A model generated the notes under the pieces. That model worked only from the letters and a program-made list of their open reading frames with translations, made no database searches and had not been told where the DNA came from. The translations under genes and the position numbers were made by a program. Of a stretch of 64,000 bases of DNA, positions 39,159-49,441 are shown one piece after another; the first letter of the stretch is position 1; every line of letters begins with the position of its first letter. Source of the DNA: Candidatus Daviesbacteria bacterium (GTDB taxonomy: Bacteria > Patescibacteriota > Microgenomatia > Daviesbacterales > UBA10151); NCBI GenBank assembly GCA_041690695.1, contig JBEPVZ010000002.1:1454-65453 (forward strand), read 5' to 3'.

Positions 39159-42082
39159 TTATTTTTTTGAAATGGTTTAAATATATTTTGCTACTATGTT
39201 TTTGTCTTACTCCACTAGTCTGGTTTAAGGGCCACCCCTTAGCTATTATTGATGGAGTTGATACCAACTTTCCTTTGAATCCTTTGGTCTGGTTTCTTCG
39301 GCGATTTTATGATTGGAATGATATTGGTAATGCCGGGAGCGACTTCTCTTCTTCTGTTGCCGGATTATTCTTTCATTTTATTCAACTTGTACCTTATCTT
39401 TTAGGATTTAGTCTTCATTGGGTTGAATTAATTAGCTTAATATTTTGGTTTAGTGCAATTGTCTTAGGATCATATTTCTTCGCCCGCGTAATTTTACCCA
39501 AAAATAGTCTAGCACAGCTAATTTTAGTTAGCCTTTATTCTTTTAATATCTATTTATTTAATACTTGGGAGAATGTTAAAGTTTCAAATTTATGTTTAGC
39601 TGCAGTTTTACCTGCCTTTTTAGCTCTTTTGCTTGCATTTGATAAAAGGCTACTTAATTTGTCTCGTTTAATCTTTTTAGCAACATTATTCGCAATTATA
39701 GCTTCTGGTACGGGTATTAATCCGGCTTATTTTTTGACCTTAATTATGGCAATTTTTATTTTAAGCGTTATGAGGCTATTATATGTTCCTCAAAAGCTAG
39801 AGAGAATCTTAATCTTAAAAAGTACATTTTTAGTTTTAGCAATTCTTTTTTTTGTTAACCTATTTTGGATTTTACCAACAATTAACCATTTATTATTTTC
39901 AGGCAATAAACTCACTCAAATTAGTGATATTGGATTTAATGATTGGGTTGATAGTCTGTCAGCGAATACTAGTTTATTAAATACTTTTAGATTCCAAGGA
40001 GCATGGGACTGGTATACGATTGATACTGGGTCGAGCTTACCCCTTTATATTCCATATGCAGTTAGCTATTTTAATCGATTATCCTTTTTAAGTTATAGCT
40101 TTTTATTAACAGGCTTAGCTCTCGTAGCCTATCTTTTTAGAAGGAAAGACCAGGCGGTTTTATATAGTTTTTTGGGGGTAATGGGAGTATTAGCAATCTT
40201 CCTCGGATCTGGTAGCCATCCACCAACTGGTACTTTATTCAATCTGTTAGATCGACATGTGCCTTTTTTCTCGTTTTTTCGCAGCCCTTGGTATATATTT
40301 ACTCCGCTATGGATTTTGGCAGAAGCGGGGTTAATTGCTTTACTCATTTCAAATTTAAAAATAAAATCTTCGAGATGGGCAATCGGATTATTTACTGTTC
40401 TTGTATTGGGGAATATTATTTATTGTTATCCGCTTTGGACCGGTAAAATTTTTCGTCCAAATCGACCAGATGGCTTTTATATAAACTTCCCAAATTATGT
40501 AAATCAATCAGCTAATTGGTTAAATGATAATTATAGTTCGACGAGTCCCCAACGAATCATCGCTTATCCTAATGATGAAATTGAACAGTTCAAGTGGGGA
40601 TATCGAGGAATTGAATCCATTCTTGAGCTTTTTGCTAAAAACGAGGTTTTGTTTGCTTCTATTAATGGTATTCAATCTCCGCTGGATGGTGTCGTGAACT
40701 TATTTTATCAGACTGCTGCAAAAGGCCAAAGGGAGGCTGCTTCTAATTTAGGAGAAAAGCTTAATTTAGGGCTAATCTTTCAAAAGAACGACCAGAGTTC
40801 TCTCTCACAAAAATTACCCGACAATTTTTTAGTGACAAAAGTTACTCAGTTTAATGCTTGGAGCTTCTATAAGTTTCCAAACGCGCTTCAACCTAAAATA
40901 TTTACAGCTACTAATTTAATGGCTAACTATTCGGTTAGCCCGGCCGTGATCGAGCCCTTATCGGTTTTACCGATCGATAGTTTGCTTATAAATCCTCATG
41001 ATCAAGTTGTTGCAGGAATTCCCCAGTCAAGCGATTTTACAGGCCAGGTTATTTTAACGACTAACTCTCAATTAACGGATATGACAGGGGTTAAATCAGT
41101 TGGTCCAGAATTAAACTTTCAACAAAAGGATCTATCTGTTGTTAAATTTAGTTTTAATATTCCGCAAAAAGGTTCATATCAAGTGGTTTTAGATAGATAT
41201 CAGGTCGAGCAGTTTGGAATTGACTTAAATAATAATCTTAAGATAACGCTTGATGATAATGATACCTTCTTACATCCGGATAAAGTAACAGATAGTTTTA
41301 TTTATTTTTCAGATTTAGATTTGAGCGAGGGGAATCATCAATTATCCTTTAATTTGACAGAGTCAAGTCCGATTCTTAACCAAGGCATTTTTAAGTACCA
41401 ACTAGCGACTCTAGACCCGCTATCAAGTTATTTGATTCAATTTGAATATAAATCTGACTATGCTCAAAGTAATCAATTGAAGTTAGAACAATTTAGCCCC
41501 TCATCGCCAGTTCAGTTTGTTAGTAAGCAACTTCCTTTTTCTTCAGATTGGCAGGTTTATAATCAATACTTTACACCAATCCAAACAAATTCAAAATTAA
41601 ATATTGAATTTACCAGTTTGAACACTTTGGGAAGGACGGGCAATAAAGCAATCTATCAAGGGTTAACAGTTAAAAAGGTGTTTTTAAATAACCTGTTTTT
41701 AATTAATAAATCAGATATTAAACCGCTCCAAACTTCAATAATTAATTTTAATCAGGTTTCACCTGTACTTTATACGGGAGAAGCTAAGAACGCAGATCAT
41801 CCCCAACTGCTTGTTTTCTCAGAGAATTATTCACCAAATTGGAAATTAAGTCTTTATGATGATAATGGAGAGTCACTTATTGTTAAGCCGCTTCATTTCA
41901 CAGCCAATAATTATGCAAATGCTTGGTATATCGAAGGAGTTCCTTCGAGCTATCATTTTAAAATTTATTATACTCCTCAAAGTATTTTAAACCTTGGATT
42001 TTTAATTTCAGGTTTAACAGTTCTTATTAGTTTGGTTTTTGCTCTTCTGCAGATTAAAAAACACAAGTTAAGCAAAAAATGA
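39155..42082 (+). CDS. Large GT-C protein, AftD(DUF3367)/YfhO-like, with extracellular beta domains and C-terminal TM
   Basis: DGVDTNFP, FWILP, FR.QG.WDW, FFRSPW..F.P, LVFSENY.P.W, HF.AN.YANAW, C-terminal TM. Confidence 0.75.
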   Translation: MIIFLKWFKYILLLCFCLTPLVWFKGHPLAIIDGVDTNFPLNPLVWFLRRFYDWNDIGNAGSDFSSSVAGLFFHFIQLVPYLLGFSLHWVELISLIFWFSAIVLGSYFFARVILPKNSLAQLILVSLYSFNIYLFNTWENVKVSNLCLAAVLPAFLALLLAFDKRLLNLSRLIFLATLFAIIASGTGINPAYFLTLIMAIFILSVMRLLYVPQKLERILILKSTFLVLAILFFVNLFWILPTINHLLFSGNKLTQISDIGFNDWVDSLSANTSLLNTFRFQGAWDWYTIDTGSSLPLYIPYAVSYFNRLSFLSYSFLLTGLALVAYLFRRKDQAVLYSFLGVMGVLAIFLGSGSHPPTGTLFNLLDRHVPFFSFFRSPWYIFTPLWILAEAGLIALLISNLKIKSSRWAIGLFTVLVLGNIIYCYPLWTGKIFRPNRPDGFYINFPNYVNQSANWLNDNYSSTSPQRIIAYPNDEIEQFKWGYRGIESILELFAKNEVLFASINGIQSPLDGVVNLFYQTAAKGQREAASNLGEKLNLGLIFQKNDQSSLSQKLPDNFLVTKVTQFNAWSFYKFPNALQPKIFTATNLMANYSVSPAVIEPLSVLPIDSLLINPHDQVVAGIPQSSDFTGQVILTTNSQLTDMTGVKSVGPELNFQQKDLSVVKFSFNIPQKGSYQVVLDRYQVEQFGIDLNNNLKITLDDNDTFLHPDKVTDSFIYFSDLDLSEGNHQLSFNLTESSPILNQGIFKYQLATLDPLSSYLIQFEYKSDYAQSNQLKLEQFSPSSPVQFVSKQLPFSSDWQVYNQYFTPIQTNSKLNIEFTSLNTLGRTGNKAIYQGLTVKKVFLNNLFLINKSDIKPLQTSIINFNQVSPVLYTGEAKNADHPQLLVFSENYSPNWKLSLYDDNGESLIVKPLHFTANNYANAWYIEGVPSSYHFKIYYTPQSILNLGFLISGLTVLISLVFALLQIKKHKLSKK

Positions 42083-42447
42083 TCAAAACTTTTCTAAAAT
42101 CCCTTAATATTTGGAAACCTACAATTGAAGATTGGGCACGAAATCATGTTTTAGGGTTATTTATTTTTAACTTAATTTTAATGTTATTAATATTGCTACA
42201 TTCAGCGGGTTATTTTGCGCCATATCTTGAAATTACAATTAACCTCATTTTCTTTATATGCTTACTTGCCTTAATTTTATTATTAAAAGCTACGAGCAAA
42301 GTTATCTTTATTATTGCGATTGCCTTTTGGATATTTGCGGGAGTACTTAGAATTATTGGAATCGATATTTGGGCAGAGCGAACAGCTATTTATACTTTTG
42401 AGGGTTTTTTAGTAGGGGTCTTTCTCCAAATAATCGAGGATAAATAA
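42079..42447 (+). CDS. Small 4-TM membrane protein of unknown function
   Basis: 122 aa, about four hydrophobic segments; ATGA-coupled to the upstream GT-C. Confidence 0.7.
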   Translation: MIKTFLKSLNIWKPTIEDWARNHVLGLFIFNLILMLLILLHSAGYFAPYLEITINLIFFICLLALILLLKATSKVIFIIAIAFWIFAGVLRIIGIDIWAERTAIYTFEGFLVGVFLQIIEDK

Positions 42448-42468
42448 GTCTAATGATTTATTTTTTTA

Positions 42469-42497
42469 TTGCGGGTAGTGAATCTTTTAGCTACAAT
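42469..42497 (+). promoter_or_regulatory. sigma70 promoter TTGCGG-N17-TACAAT, 13 nt before ATG 42511
   Basis: TTGCGG at 42469-42474 and TACAAT at 42492-42497. Confidence 0.6.
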
Positions 42498-42510
42498 TGA
42501 GATCACCAAA

Positions 42511-45123
42511 ATGAAAAAATGGATTCTAGTAATTATCCCATTCCTAATTATTTTTCAATCTTTTTTTAGTGGCTCACATCTAGTATGGGGCGATTCACCA
42601 TACTTTTATCCTGAAAATTTAAAAGAATTATTCTCTTTGCCGCAAGCATGGGATAATCGTACTGATAATTTTGGTGGGCCGCAGAACTTAGTTTTATGGT
42701 TATATTTTCCAACTTTTTTGTACGGTCTCATTAACCACTTTTTAGGATTAAGTAATGATTGGTTAATTAGAATAATTTTTTACTTTCCGGCTACGATTCT
42801 TGGTATAAGTGGCTGTTATTTCTTTTTAAAGCGCTATACCCAAAATACTATCTCCCAACTTTTCGGAAGTTTAATCTATTTATTTAATAGCTATTTTTTA
42901 TTATTGATCGATGGAGGACAAGTTGGTGTTGCGCTCGCATATGGATTATTTCCATGGGTGGTATATTTAGGATTAAGTTTTTTAAACAAAAATAAACTCC
43001 AAAGTTATCTGGCGAGTTTAATGGCTCTAATTCTCATAACGAATATTGATTTAAGAGTTGCGATATTGTCGGTTGGGATGATTATCGTATTAAGCCTGTT
43101 TGATTTTAAAATTCCAAAGCGTTGTATCTTAAAAGGTCTGACACTTTTATTTGTTCCAATTATTTTAATAGATGCTTTTTGGCTTATACCACTTCTTCAG
43201 GCGACGGTATCATCACAGATTATCGCTATTCCACTTGTACAAGACTTAAAAACGACGACATTACTCGATAGTTTAGTACTTTTTCAACCACATTTCCCTT
43301 TGAATGAATTTGGGCATATCTTTCCGATCCCATTTTATTATTTTGTCTTACCGCTGTTGTTAATTATTGGTGGACTATTAAAAAAGGATAATAAGTATTT
43401 ACTCATTTTATTTTTGTGTTTCGCCTTTTTAGCCAAGGGTTCTACCTTTCCGTTTGGCAAAATTTATGATTTTTTGGTAACTAAACTTCCATTCGGAATT
43501 GCATTTCGTGATTCAACTAAGTTTTATATTCCTTTAATAATGTTGGCCAGTATTCTATTAGCATTTTTTGTTGATTATCTTAAAAAGTTAAAATATTGTG
43601 GAGTTTATTTAGCGCTGTTATATATTTATTTACTTATTCTAATTTACCCAAGCTTAATCGGAGGTCTGACAGGAGTTTTAAGTAAAAATACCACCAATAC
43701 TGATCAAGACACCATGATCTATCAATTGCTAAAGACCAAAAGTGATGTTAGAAGTTTATGGTTTCCTGAAAAATTACCGTTAGCTTTTAGTAGCCAGCAA
43801 GTTCCGGCTATTTCGGCGGATAGCTTGTATTTAGAAAGACCATTTGCATCCATGATCGATGGCACATATGATTTATACAACTATCTAAATAGTCCTCAAC
43901 TTATTCCCTGGCTTAAATTAGTTGGCACTCAGTATTTATTCTTTCCGGAAAATGATCGTAAAAAAACTTGGTCAAATCAAGATGTCTTAGAGAGACAGCA
44001 GTTTATAAGCTTTGTTGATAAAGTATTCTCCACCGAGCAAAGGCTTAGTTTAAATTATCCGGCTTTTAAATTAGATCAGGTTGCATCTCACTTTTTTACG
44101 GTTCCTAAAGTTTATTTTGTGCTGGGCGGGGAAGAGCTTTATAATCAGATTTTTAGAGATAAACCTAATTTTAATTTAGCTAATCAAGGTTTTGTCTTTT
44201 TAGAAGATCCTCGGTTAAACCTTAATCAGTTAAATATGATTAAACAGGGTGATGCTTCAACAATTATATTGGGTAATAAGACTCGAGATGACTTGGCGAT
44301 GGTTTACCTTAACCAAAGCTTATTGAGTGACAAAGCTGTTGTAACTAAAAAGTGGGGTCAAAGATCTGGGGCAGAATATTTAGATTGGAAAAGTGAGTTA
44401 TTAAAAGGTGGAGTTAGAACATATGATTTTGCCAATTCAAGCTCAGTTTATTTTTCTTCAATTAATGGTGAGCTACTGAGTTACAAAAGTAATTTGAGAG
44501 AGGGAGATTATGAGTTGGCGATAAGAAATACTTCAGCTTCAGATAGCGCTAAGTTAAGATTAGAAATTAACAATCAATCTTTCGATGTGAAGGCAAAAAG
44601 TTCAAATCAGTTTACTTGGCAAATAATTGGGCCGATTCATTTATCAGGTAATCAAAAATTAGATATTACCAATCTAGGTGGTTTTCAGGCTATTAATGGA
44701 GTGGCAATTATTAATCAAGATAGTTTGAGTTGGGCTAGAAGCCAAGCAGATCAGCTCCTCAGCCGTTTGCCGCCAGCTCAACTAACAGATATTGAGGCAA
44801 GCTCCGATAAATTTGGTTTGGCTGATGATCAATTTATTAATCTTACGGAACATCGACTTAATTTAAGATCTTCAGATAATTGGTTAATTATGACCGATCA
44901 TTATGATTCTGGTTGGAAGATCAATCCAAGTTCAATCAATTTACCTGGATATGCCATGTTTAATGCCATTTATTTAAGTTCGCACACAGCAGACCAGCTG
45001 ATTGATTTAAAATATCAGCCTCAAAGGACCGTTGATCTTGGTTTAAGAGTATCTTTATTGTCAGCTGTCGTTTTACTATTATGTTTAGGTGGATATTATT
45101 TAAAAAAAAGACATGAATATTAG
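42511..45123 (+). CDS. Large GT-C protein, AftD/YfhO-like (start revised to MKKWIL)
   Basis: WGDSP, FWLIP, AKG...PFG..Y, FRDSTKF, DHYDSGW, YAMFNA, C-terminal TM. Confidence 0.75.
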   Translation: MKKWILVIIPFLIIFQSFFSGSHLVWGDSPYFYPENLKELFSLPQAWDNRTDNFGGPQNLVLWLYFPTFLYGLINHFLGLSNDWLIRIIFYFPATILGISGCYFFLKRYTQNTISQLFGSLIYLFNSYFLLLIDGGQVGVALAYGLFPWVVYLGLSFLNKNKLQSYLASLMALILITNIDLRVAILSVGMIIVLSLFDFKIPKRCILKGLTLLFVPIILIDAFWLIPLLQATVSSQIIAIPLVQDLKTTTLLDSLVLFQPHFPLNEFGHIFPIPFYYFVLPLLLIIGGLLKKDNKYLLILFLCFAFLAKGSTFPFGKIYDFLVTKLPFGIAFRDSTKFYIPLIMLASILLAFFVDYLKKLKYCGVYLALLYIYLLILIYPSLIGGLTGVLSKNTTNTDQDTMIYQLLKTKSDVRSLWFPEKLPLAFSSQQVPAISADSLYLERPFASMIDGTYDLYNYLNSPQLIPWLKLVGTQYLFFPENDRKKTWSNQDVLERQQFISFVDKVFSTEQRLSLNYPAFKLDQVASHFFTVPKVYFVLGGEELYNQIFRDKPNFNLANQGFVFLEDPRLNLNQLNMIKQGDASTIILGNKTRDDLAMVYLNQSLLSDKAVVTKKWGQRSGAEYLDWKSELLKGGVRTYDFANSSSVYFSSINGELLSYKSNLREGDYELAIRNTSASDSAKLRLEINNQSFDVKAKSSNQFTWQIIGPIHLSGNQKLDITNLGGFQAINGVAIINQDSLSWARSQADQLLSRLPPAQLTDIEASSDKFGLADDQFINLTEHRLNLRSSDNWLIMTDHYDSGWKINPSSINLPGYAMFNAIYLSSHTADQLIDLKYQPQRTVDLGLRVSLLSAVVLLLCLGGYYLKKRHEY

Positions 45124-46375
45124 TCAGATTTTAAAAACTAAAACTATTTCCCATATTTCAATTAGTACTTTCGGGACTCTTTTAAATGGAATTTTGGGTG
45201 CATTATTTTTTATTATCTTAGCCAAAGCTTTGGGCCCTTCAGATTTTGGGTTATTTGCTGTGGCTATCGCAACCTTAACTTTAATCTCGGATATTGCTGA
45301 CTCGGGAATTAATACAGGACTAATTAATTTTATAAGTAGGCATTTATCATCAAATACTGATCAAGCCTATCGTTTCTTAAAACTCGGTTTAGAAATCAAG
45401 ATAATAATCTGGTTAATCATTTTGCCAATTGGGTGGTTACTGGCACCTTTCCTGTGTCAGACTATTTTTCAAAAACAGGAATTAATTAATCCAATTCGGG
45501 TGATGATGATCGGGGTTGGAGGAGCACTTTTATTCTCCTTTGCAACCAATGCCCTCCAAGCTCTTCAGAAATTTTGGGCATGGAGTTTTCTAAATATTCT
45601 AAGTAATGGGTTACGCTTAATCCTAATTGGTTATCTTGTCTTAATTGGTCGACTTAGTCTCCCTAATGTTTTGTGGGTTTATGTGGGTATTTTATTCCTG
45701 GGGTTTTTTATAGGCTTGAAGTTTCTACCTTTAAGATTCTTAAAAGTTACTAATGAAAAATCAGTTGGCAGAGAATTCTTTCACTATAATAAATGGATTG
45801 CTTTATTTACGATTTTAGCAGCACTTTCTTCAAGATTAGATACTTTTTTAACGGCCCGCTTAGTCACAACTGCTCAACTTGGAATCTATTCAGTGGCTGT
45901 TCAATTATCTTCGGCAGTTCCACAACTAGTTTTTGCGATAGCAGCGGCGATTGCGCCTAAACTGGCTAGTTTTACGACTGATCAACAAGCTAAAAGTTAT
46001 TTAATGAAACTTCAGCTACTTGTTATTGGTATTGCCTTACTTGGAACTGTTAGTTTCCCAATCGCTTACTACTTCTTCCCTTGGCTTGGTCCAGTTTATC
46101 AAGCAAGTATTATGCCATTTATTATTTTAATGGTGGCTCAATTAATATTCTTAATTGCCATCCCGACTCATCAAGTGATCTTCTATTACTTTCAGAAACC
46201 TAACTTCTTTTTTAAGGTCTCATTAATTAGATTTTTTCTAACCCTTGGAGCAGGTTACTTCTTAATTTTAAATTATGGAATTATTGGGGCAGCTTTAGCG
46301 GTTCTAATTGGTAGTTTATCGGATTTCATTTTACCCGCGGTTTGGGTTATTTATCGATTCAATAGACGTAAATAA
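45113..46375 (+). CDS. Wzx/MOP-family oligosaccharide flippase
   Basis: LGPSDFGLF, D.GIN, RLD, GIYSVA, YGIIGAA; about 12 TM. Confidence 0.9.
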   Translation: MNISQILKTKTISHISISTFGTLLNGILGALFFIILAKALGPSDFGLFAVAIATLTLISDIADSGINTGLINFISRHLSSNTDQAYRFLKLGLEIKIIIWLIILPIGWLLAPFLCQTIFQKQELINPIRVMMIGVGGALLFSFATNALQALQKFWAWSFLNILSNGLRLILIGYLVLIGRLSLPNVLWVYVGILFLGFFIGLKFLPLRFLKVTNEKSVGREFFHYNKWIALFTILAALSSRLDTFLTARLVTTAQLGIYSVAVQLSSAVPQLVFAIAAAIAPKLASFTTDQQAKSYLMKLQLLVIGIALLGTVSFPIAYYFFPWLGPVYQASIMPFIILMVAQLIFLIAIPTHQVIFYYFQKPNFFFKVSLIRFFLTLGAGYFLILNYGIIGAALAVLIGSLSDFILPAVWVIYRFNRRK

Positions 46376-47196
46376 TGAAAAAACTTTGGGCAAATGTTTT
46401 AGTTAAGAATGAGGATCGCTATCTCTGGTTTGCGATCATGAGTGTTATTGAGCATGTTGATAAGGTTTTAGTCTGGGATACTGGAAGTTATGATCAAACA
46501 ATATTTATTATTGAGGAGCTTCAAAAGAAATATCCCCAAAAAATTATATATGCTAAAAAAGGTCTTCATTCTCCAGAGGGGGTCTCAAAACTTAGACAAG
46601 AGATGCTGGAAGCTAGTCTTTCAGATTGGATTTTAATTTTAGATGGTGATGAGGTTTGGTGGAAAGATTCTTTAGAAGAGATCCACAAAATTATTAATAA
46701 TTCTAACAATAATCTCTACGCATTAGTTAATCCAACGATTAATTTAATAGGCGATATTTACCATTATCAACCGGCTGAAGCGGGGCAGTATCAAATTTTG
46801 GGTAAAAAGGGTCATTTAAATATTAGATTTATTAATAAACGTACGCCTGGGCTACATGTTAGTGGAATTTATCCGAATGAAGGATTTTATAATAGTGATA
46901 ATATTTTAATTCAAAACTTGGATAGTCATTTAAAATATGTGGATTTGCCATTATTACATTTTACTCACCTGGCACGTTCAACAAAATTTAATAATCCTAA
47001 ACAAAAATATGAACTTGGTAAGACATTTCCCTCTACATTTAAATATCCTGAATCATTAAATCAAAACCGACCGGTATTTGTAATTAGCCCATGGAAAACG
47101 AGAACAAAAGGCTATATTATGAGGGCAGGTTTTGAGACACCGTTAAAAAAGCTTAAAAGGAGAGCGGTTAAGGTTAAACTTAAGATTTTGAAGTAA
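46375..47196 (+). CDS. GT2 glycosyltransferase
   Basis: VKNEDR, DTGSYD.T, LDGDE. Confidence 0.85.
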   Translation: MKKLWANVLVKNEDRYLWFAIMSVIEHVDKVLVWDTGSYDQTIFIIEELQKKYPQKIIYAKKGLHSPEGVSKLRQEMLEASLSDWILILDGDEVWWKDSLEEIHKIINNSNNNLYALVNPTINLIGDIYHYQPAEAGQYQILGKKGHLNIRFINKRTPGLHVSGIYPNEGFYNSDNILIQNLDSHLKYVDLPLLHFTHLARSTKFNNPKQKYELGKTFPSTFKYPESLNQNRPVFVISPWKTRTKGYIMRAGFETPLKKLKRRAVKVKLKILK

Positions 47197-47199
47197 AAT

Positions 47200-47949
47200 A
47201 TGTACCGCGGAAAATCAGTTTCAATTGCAATCGCGACTTACCGCGAAAAAAACTCGATCAGGCAAGTTATTGATAATTTTTTTGAGACTGGTTTTGTTGA
47301 TGAAGTTATTGTGGTTAACAATAATGCTGAAAAAGGTACTGACCAGGAAGTTAAAAAAACTAAGGCTAAAATAATCTATGAGACCAGGCAAGGATATGGT
47401 TATGCCTTTCAAGCGGCTATTAAATCGGCCACTGGAGACTATGTTGTTGTTTGTGAACCAGATGGGACATTTTTAGCAAAAGATTTAGAACGATTTTTAA
47501 TTTATGCTGAAGATTTCGAAGTAGTTTTAGGAACAAGGACAAGCCAGATCGGTTCGTTATCTGGTCGGGGAATGGGTCTGGCTCGAAAGTTTGCTAATGT
47601 TATTGAGGCAAAAACGATAGAAGTTTTATTTAATAGTTTTGCTTTAACCGATGTTGGTTGTGCCTATAAATTATTTAGACGTCAAGCTTTAAAAAAGATT
47701 ATTCCTTTGTGGAAAAATGAAAAGTCCCCTTTATTTAATACTGAATTAATTTTATTAACGGTCAGCCTAAAACTAAAGTTCGTTGAAATTCCAATCTCTT
47801 ATAATAAGCGTATTGGAACCTCATCAATTGTTGGTAAACGCTACCAAGTTATCAAATGGGCTTTTGTTATCCAATTTTATATTTTTATATTTTGGCTAAA
47901 ATGGTTGATTTTAAAAATGGAGAAGACTAGTAAAAGATCTAAAATTTAA
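47200..47949 (+). CDS. DPM1-like polyprenyl-phosphate sugar synthase (GT2) with C-terminal TM
   Basis: QGYGYA, EPDGTF (DxD variant), VLGTR, TDVG..YKLF, EIPISY..R.G.S. Confidence 0.8.
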   Translation: MYRGKSVSIAIATYREKNSIRQVIDNFFETGFVDEVIVVNNNAEKGTDQEVKKTKAKIIYETRQGYGYAFQAAIKSATGDYVVVCEPDGTFLAKDLERFLIYAEDFEVVLGTRTSQIGSLSGRGMGLARKFANVIEAKTIEVLFNSFALTDVGCAYKLFRRQALKKIIPLWKNEKSPLFNTELILLTVSLKLKFVEIPISYNKRIGTSSIVGKRYQVIKWAFVIQFYIFIFWLKWLILKMEKTSKRSKI

Positions 47950-49415
47950 TGTTGATAAACATAAGCTTTAAAACCACCTTGTTCGAGCATATATTTATAG
48001 TTTAGGGGAGCTATCGTTGGGGCTCTTTTTTCCGTCATTAAAACTGAGTACTCCGTTGCGCTGGATGAAACTTCTTGGGGATAAAGCCAACTAAAAACTG
48101 AATCTTCGGAACTATGAGCTGGCTTTCGAGCATAATTACTAAAAAGATATCTCCAACCTTCATATTTATGACATGCTCCATCTTGATCTAAATCGTAACT
48201 ATTTTGTCCGACAATATTCATGACTTGTCCGATGAGCTTATTTTTAGTAGCGAGACCAAAATCTCCGCTAGCTGTAAAAACAGTAAAGATGCCATGGATA
48301 ACAAATAAGATGATTACAATATAAGCTAGAATCCTTATTTTTTTAGAAAATGATTCTATAAGTGATGCCATAACTAAAAAGAGGAGAGGAAAAAATCCGA
48401 GTAGATAATATTCAATCGGATGAATAACTGGTAAGGCAATGAATGGAATAAGAAATGACAAACTAAGTAAAACGATTAATCTTGTTTTTGGATTAGTCCA
48501 GGTCGCCTTTTTAATACTAAAGTATAACAAGCCGATTAGAGTTATGGCTGATAATACTAAGCTGCCTTGAGTAGTTGTCGAAAGGGGATTTGTAATACAC
48601 GGATATAAAATTTCATCGGCATTATTTCGATTAGGTGTTAAATACCAGACTCGACTGAAAGATTGAAGAAGGCTATTAAAACGAAGTCCAAGATCTATGT
48701 TGACATGATATTTACTGGAAGATTGTAGAATTCTAATAGGGGTAGTTATATTGCTAGCCTTATGAAAGTAATCAAAAGCGATTAAAGGCGAAATCGTTAT
48801 GATAAATGCCAGAAAACTGAGGATTAAGATTTTTTTATTCAATTTTTTTCTTTGAATAAATGCCCAATAAAGGGCGACTATGATAATGAGAAAAAGAGAC
48901 AAGTGGATATGGAAGACCATTCCGTATGAAATAGCGAAAACAATCCACCATTTATTAGAGCGACTGGTCAGATAAAGTGATATGGCCATCAGTAAAGATA
49001 AAAACGGAACTCCGGGGGGATAAGGCTGCTGGTCATAATAGACCATTAGTGCTGAGCTGGCGTAGAGAAGGGCTGCAACTAGGCCAACTTTTTTATTAAA
49101 AATATATGTGCCAAGTAGATATAGTAAAAAAACTGCTCCAACCCCAAGTAAGCTGGAAATTACTCCCAAAACCAGCGGATTACCTTGGAACAAGGCTACA
49201 AATGGATAGATAATATATATCCAGAGAGGCCCCATGTAAAAATCAAAGCCTAAGGCGCTAACACCAATCCAAATAATATGGAAATGTTTAACAATCGTTT
49301 GAGTAATATAAAGCAAATATTCTTCATCTGGAGTAAAAACCATCAACTTAGAAAGAGTTACTAATCTGATGATTGCTGCCAATAATAAGATGACAATCAA
49401 GGCGTATTTTTGCAT
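47946..49415 (-). CDS. GT-C glycosyltransferase (ArnT/PMT_2-like)
   Basis: FTPDEE, FYMGPLW.Y, GLVAALLYA.S, HIH; multi-TM. Confidence 0.85.
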   Translation of the reverse strand: MQKYALIVILLLAAIIRLVTLSKLMVFTPDEEYLLYITQTIVKHFHIIWIGVSALGFDFYMGPLWIYIIYPFVALFQGNPLVLGVISSLLGVGAVFLLYLLGTYIFNKKVGLVAALLYASSALMVYYDQQPYPPGVPFLSLLMAISLYLTSRSNKWWIVFAISYGMVFHIHLSLFLIIIVALYWAFIQRKKLNKKILILSFLAFIITISPLIAFDYFHKASNITTPIRILQSSSKYHVNIDLGLRFNSLLQSFSRVWYLTPNRNNADEILYPCITNPLSTTTQGSLVLSAITLIGLLYFSIKKATWTNPKTRLIVLLSLSFLIPFIALPVIHPIEYYLLGFFPLLFLVMASLIESFSKKIRILAYIVIILFVIHGIFTVFTASGDFGLATKNKLIGQVMNIVGQNSYDLDQDGACHKYEGWRYLFSNYARKPAHSSEDSVFSWLYPQEVSSSATEYSVLMTEKRAPTIAPLNYKYMLEQGGFKAYVYQH

Positions 49416-49421
49416 AAAATA

Positions 49422-49441
49422 ATTGTACCATTTGGTACAAT
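49422..49441. promoter_or_regulatory. Palindromic bidirectional extended -10 promoter (ATTGTACCA-TT-TGGTACAAT)
   Basis: 9-bp perfect arms. Each strand reads TGgTACAAT followed by exactly 6 nt and the ATG of a divergent gene (49415 minus, 49448 plus). Confidence 0.8.

Noticed and set aside
1175-45110. Homopolymer runs (T8 near 1175 and 18951, G7 near 37384, A8 near 45102) as phase-variation tracts
   Set aside because: The runs are short, expected in AT-rich DNA, and all frames are intact.
22062-49415. Minus-strand cassettes as recombinase-invertible segments
   Set aside because: I saw no matching inverted repeats at the cassette ends and no recombinase in the window.
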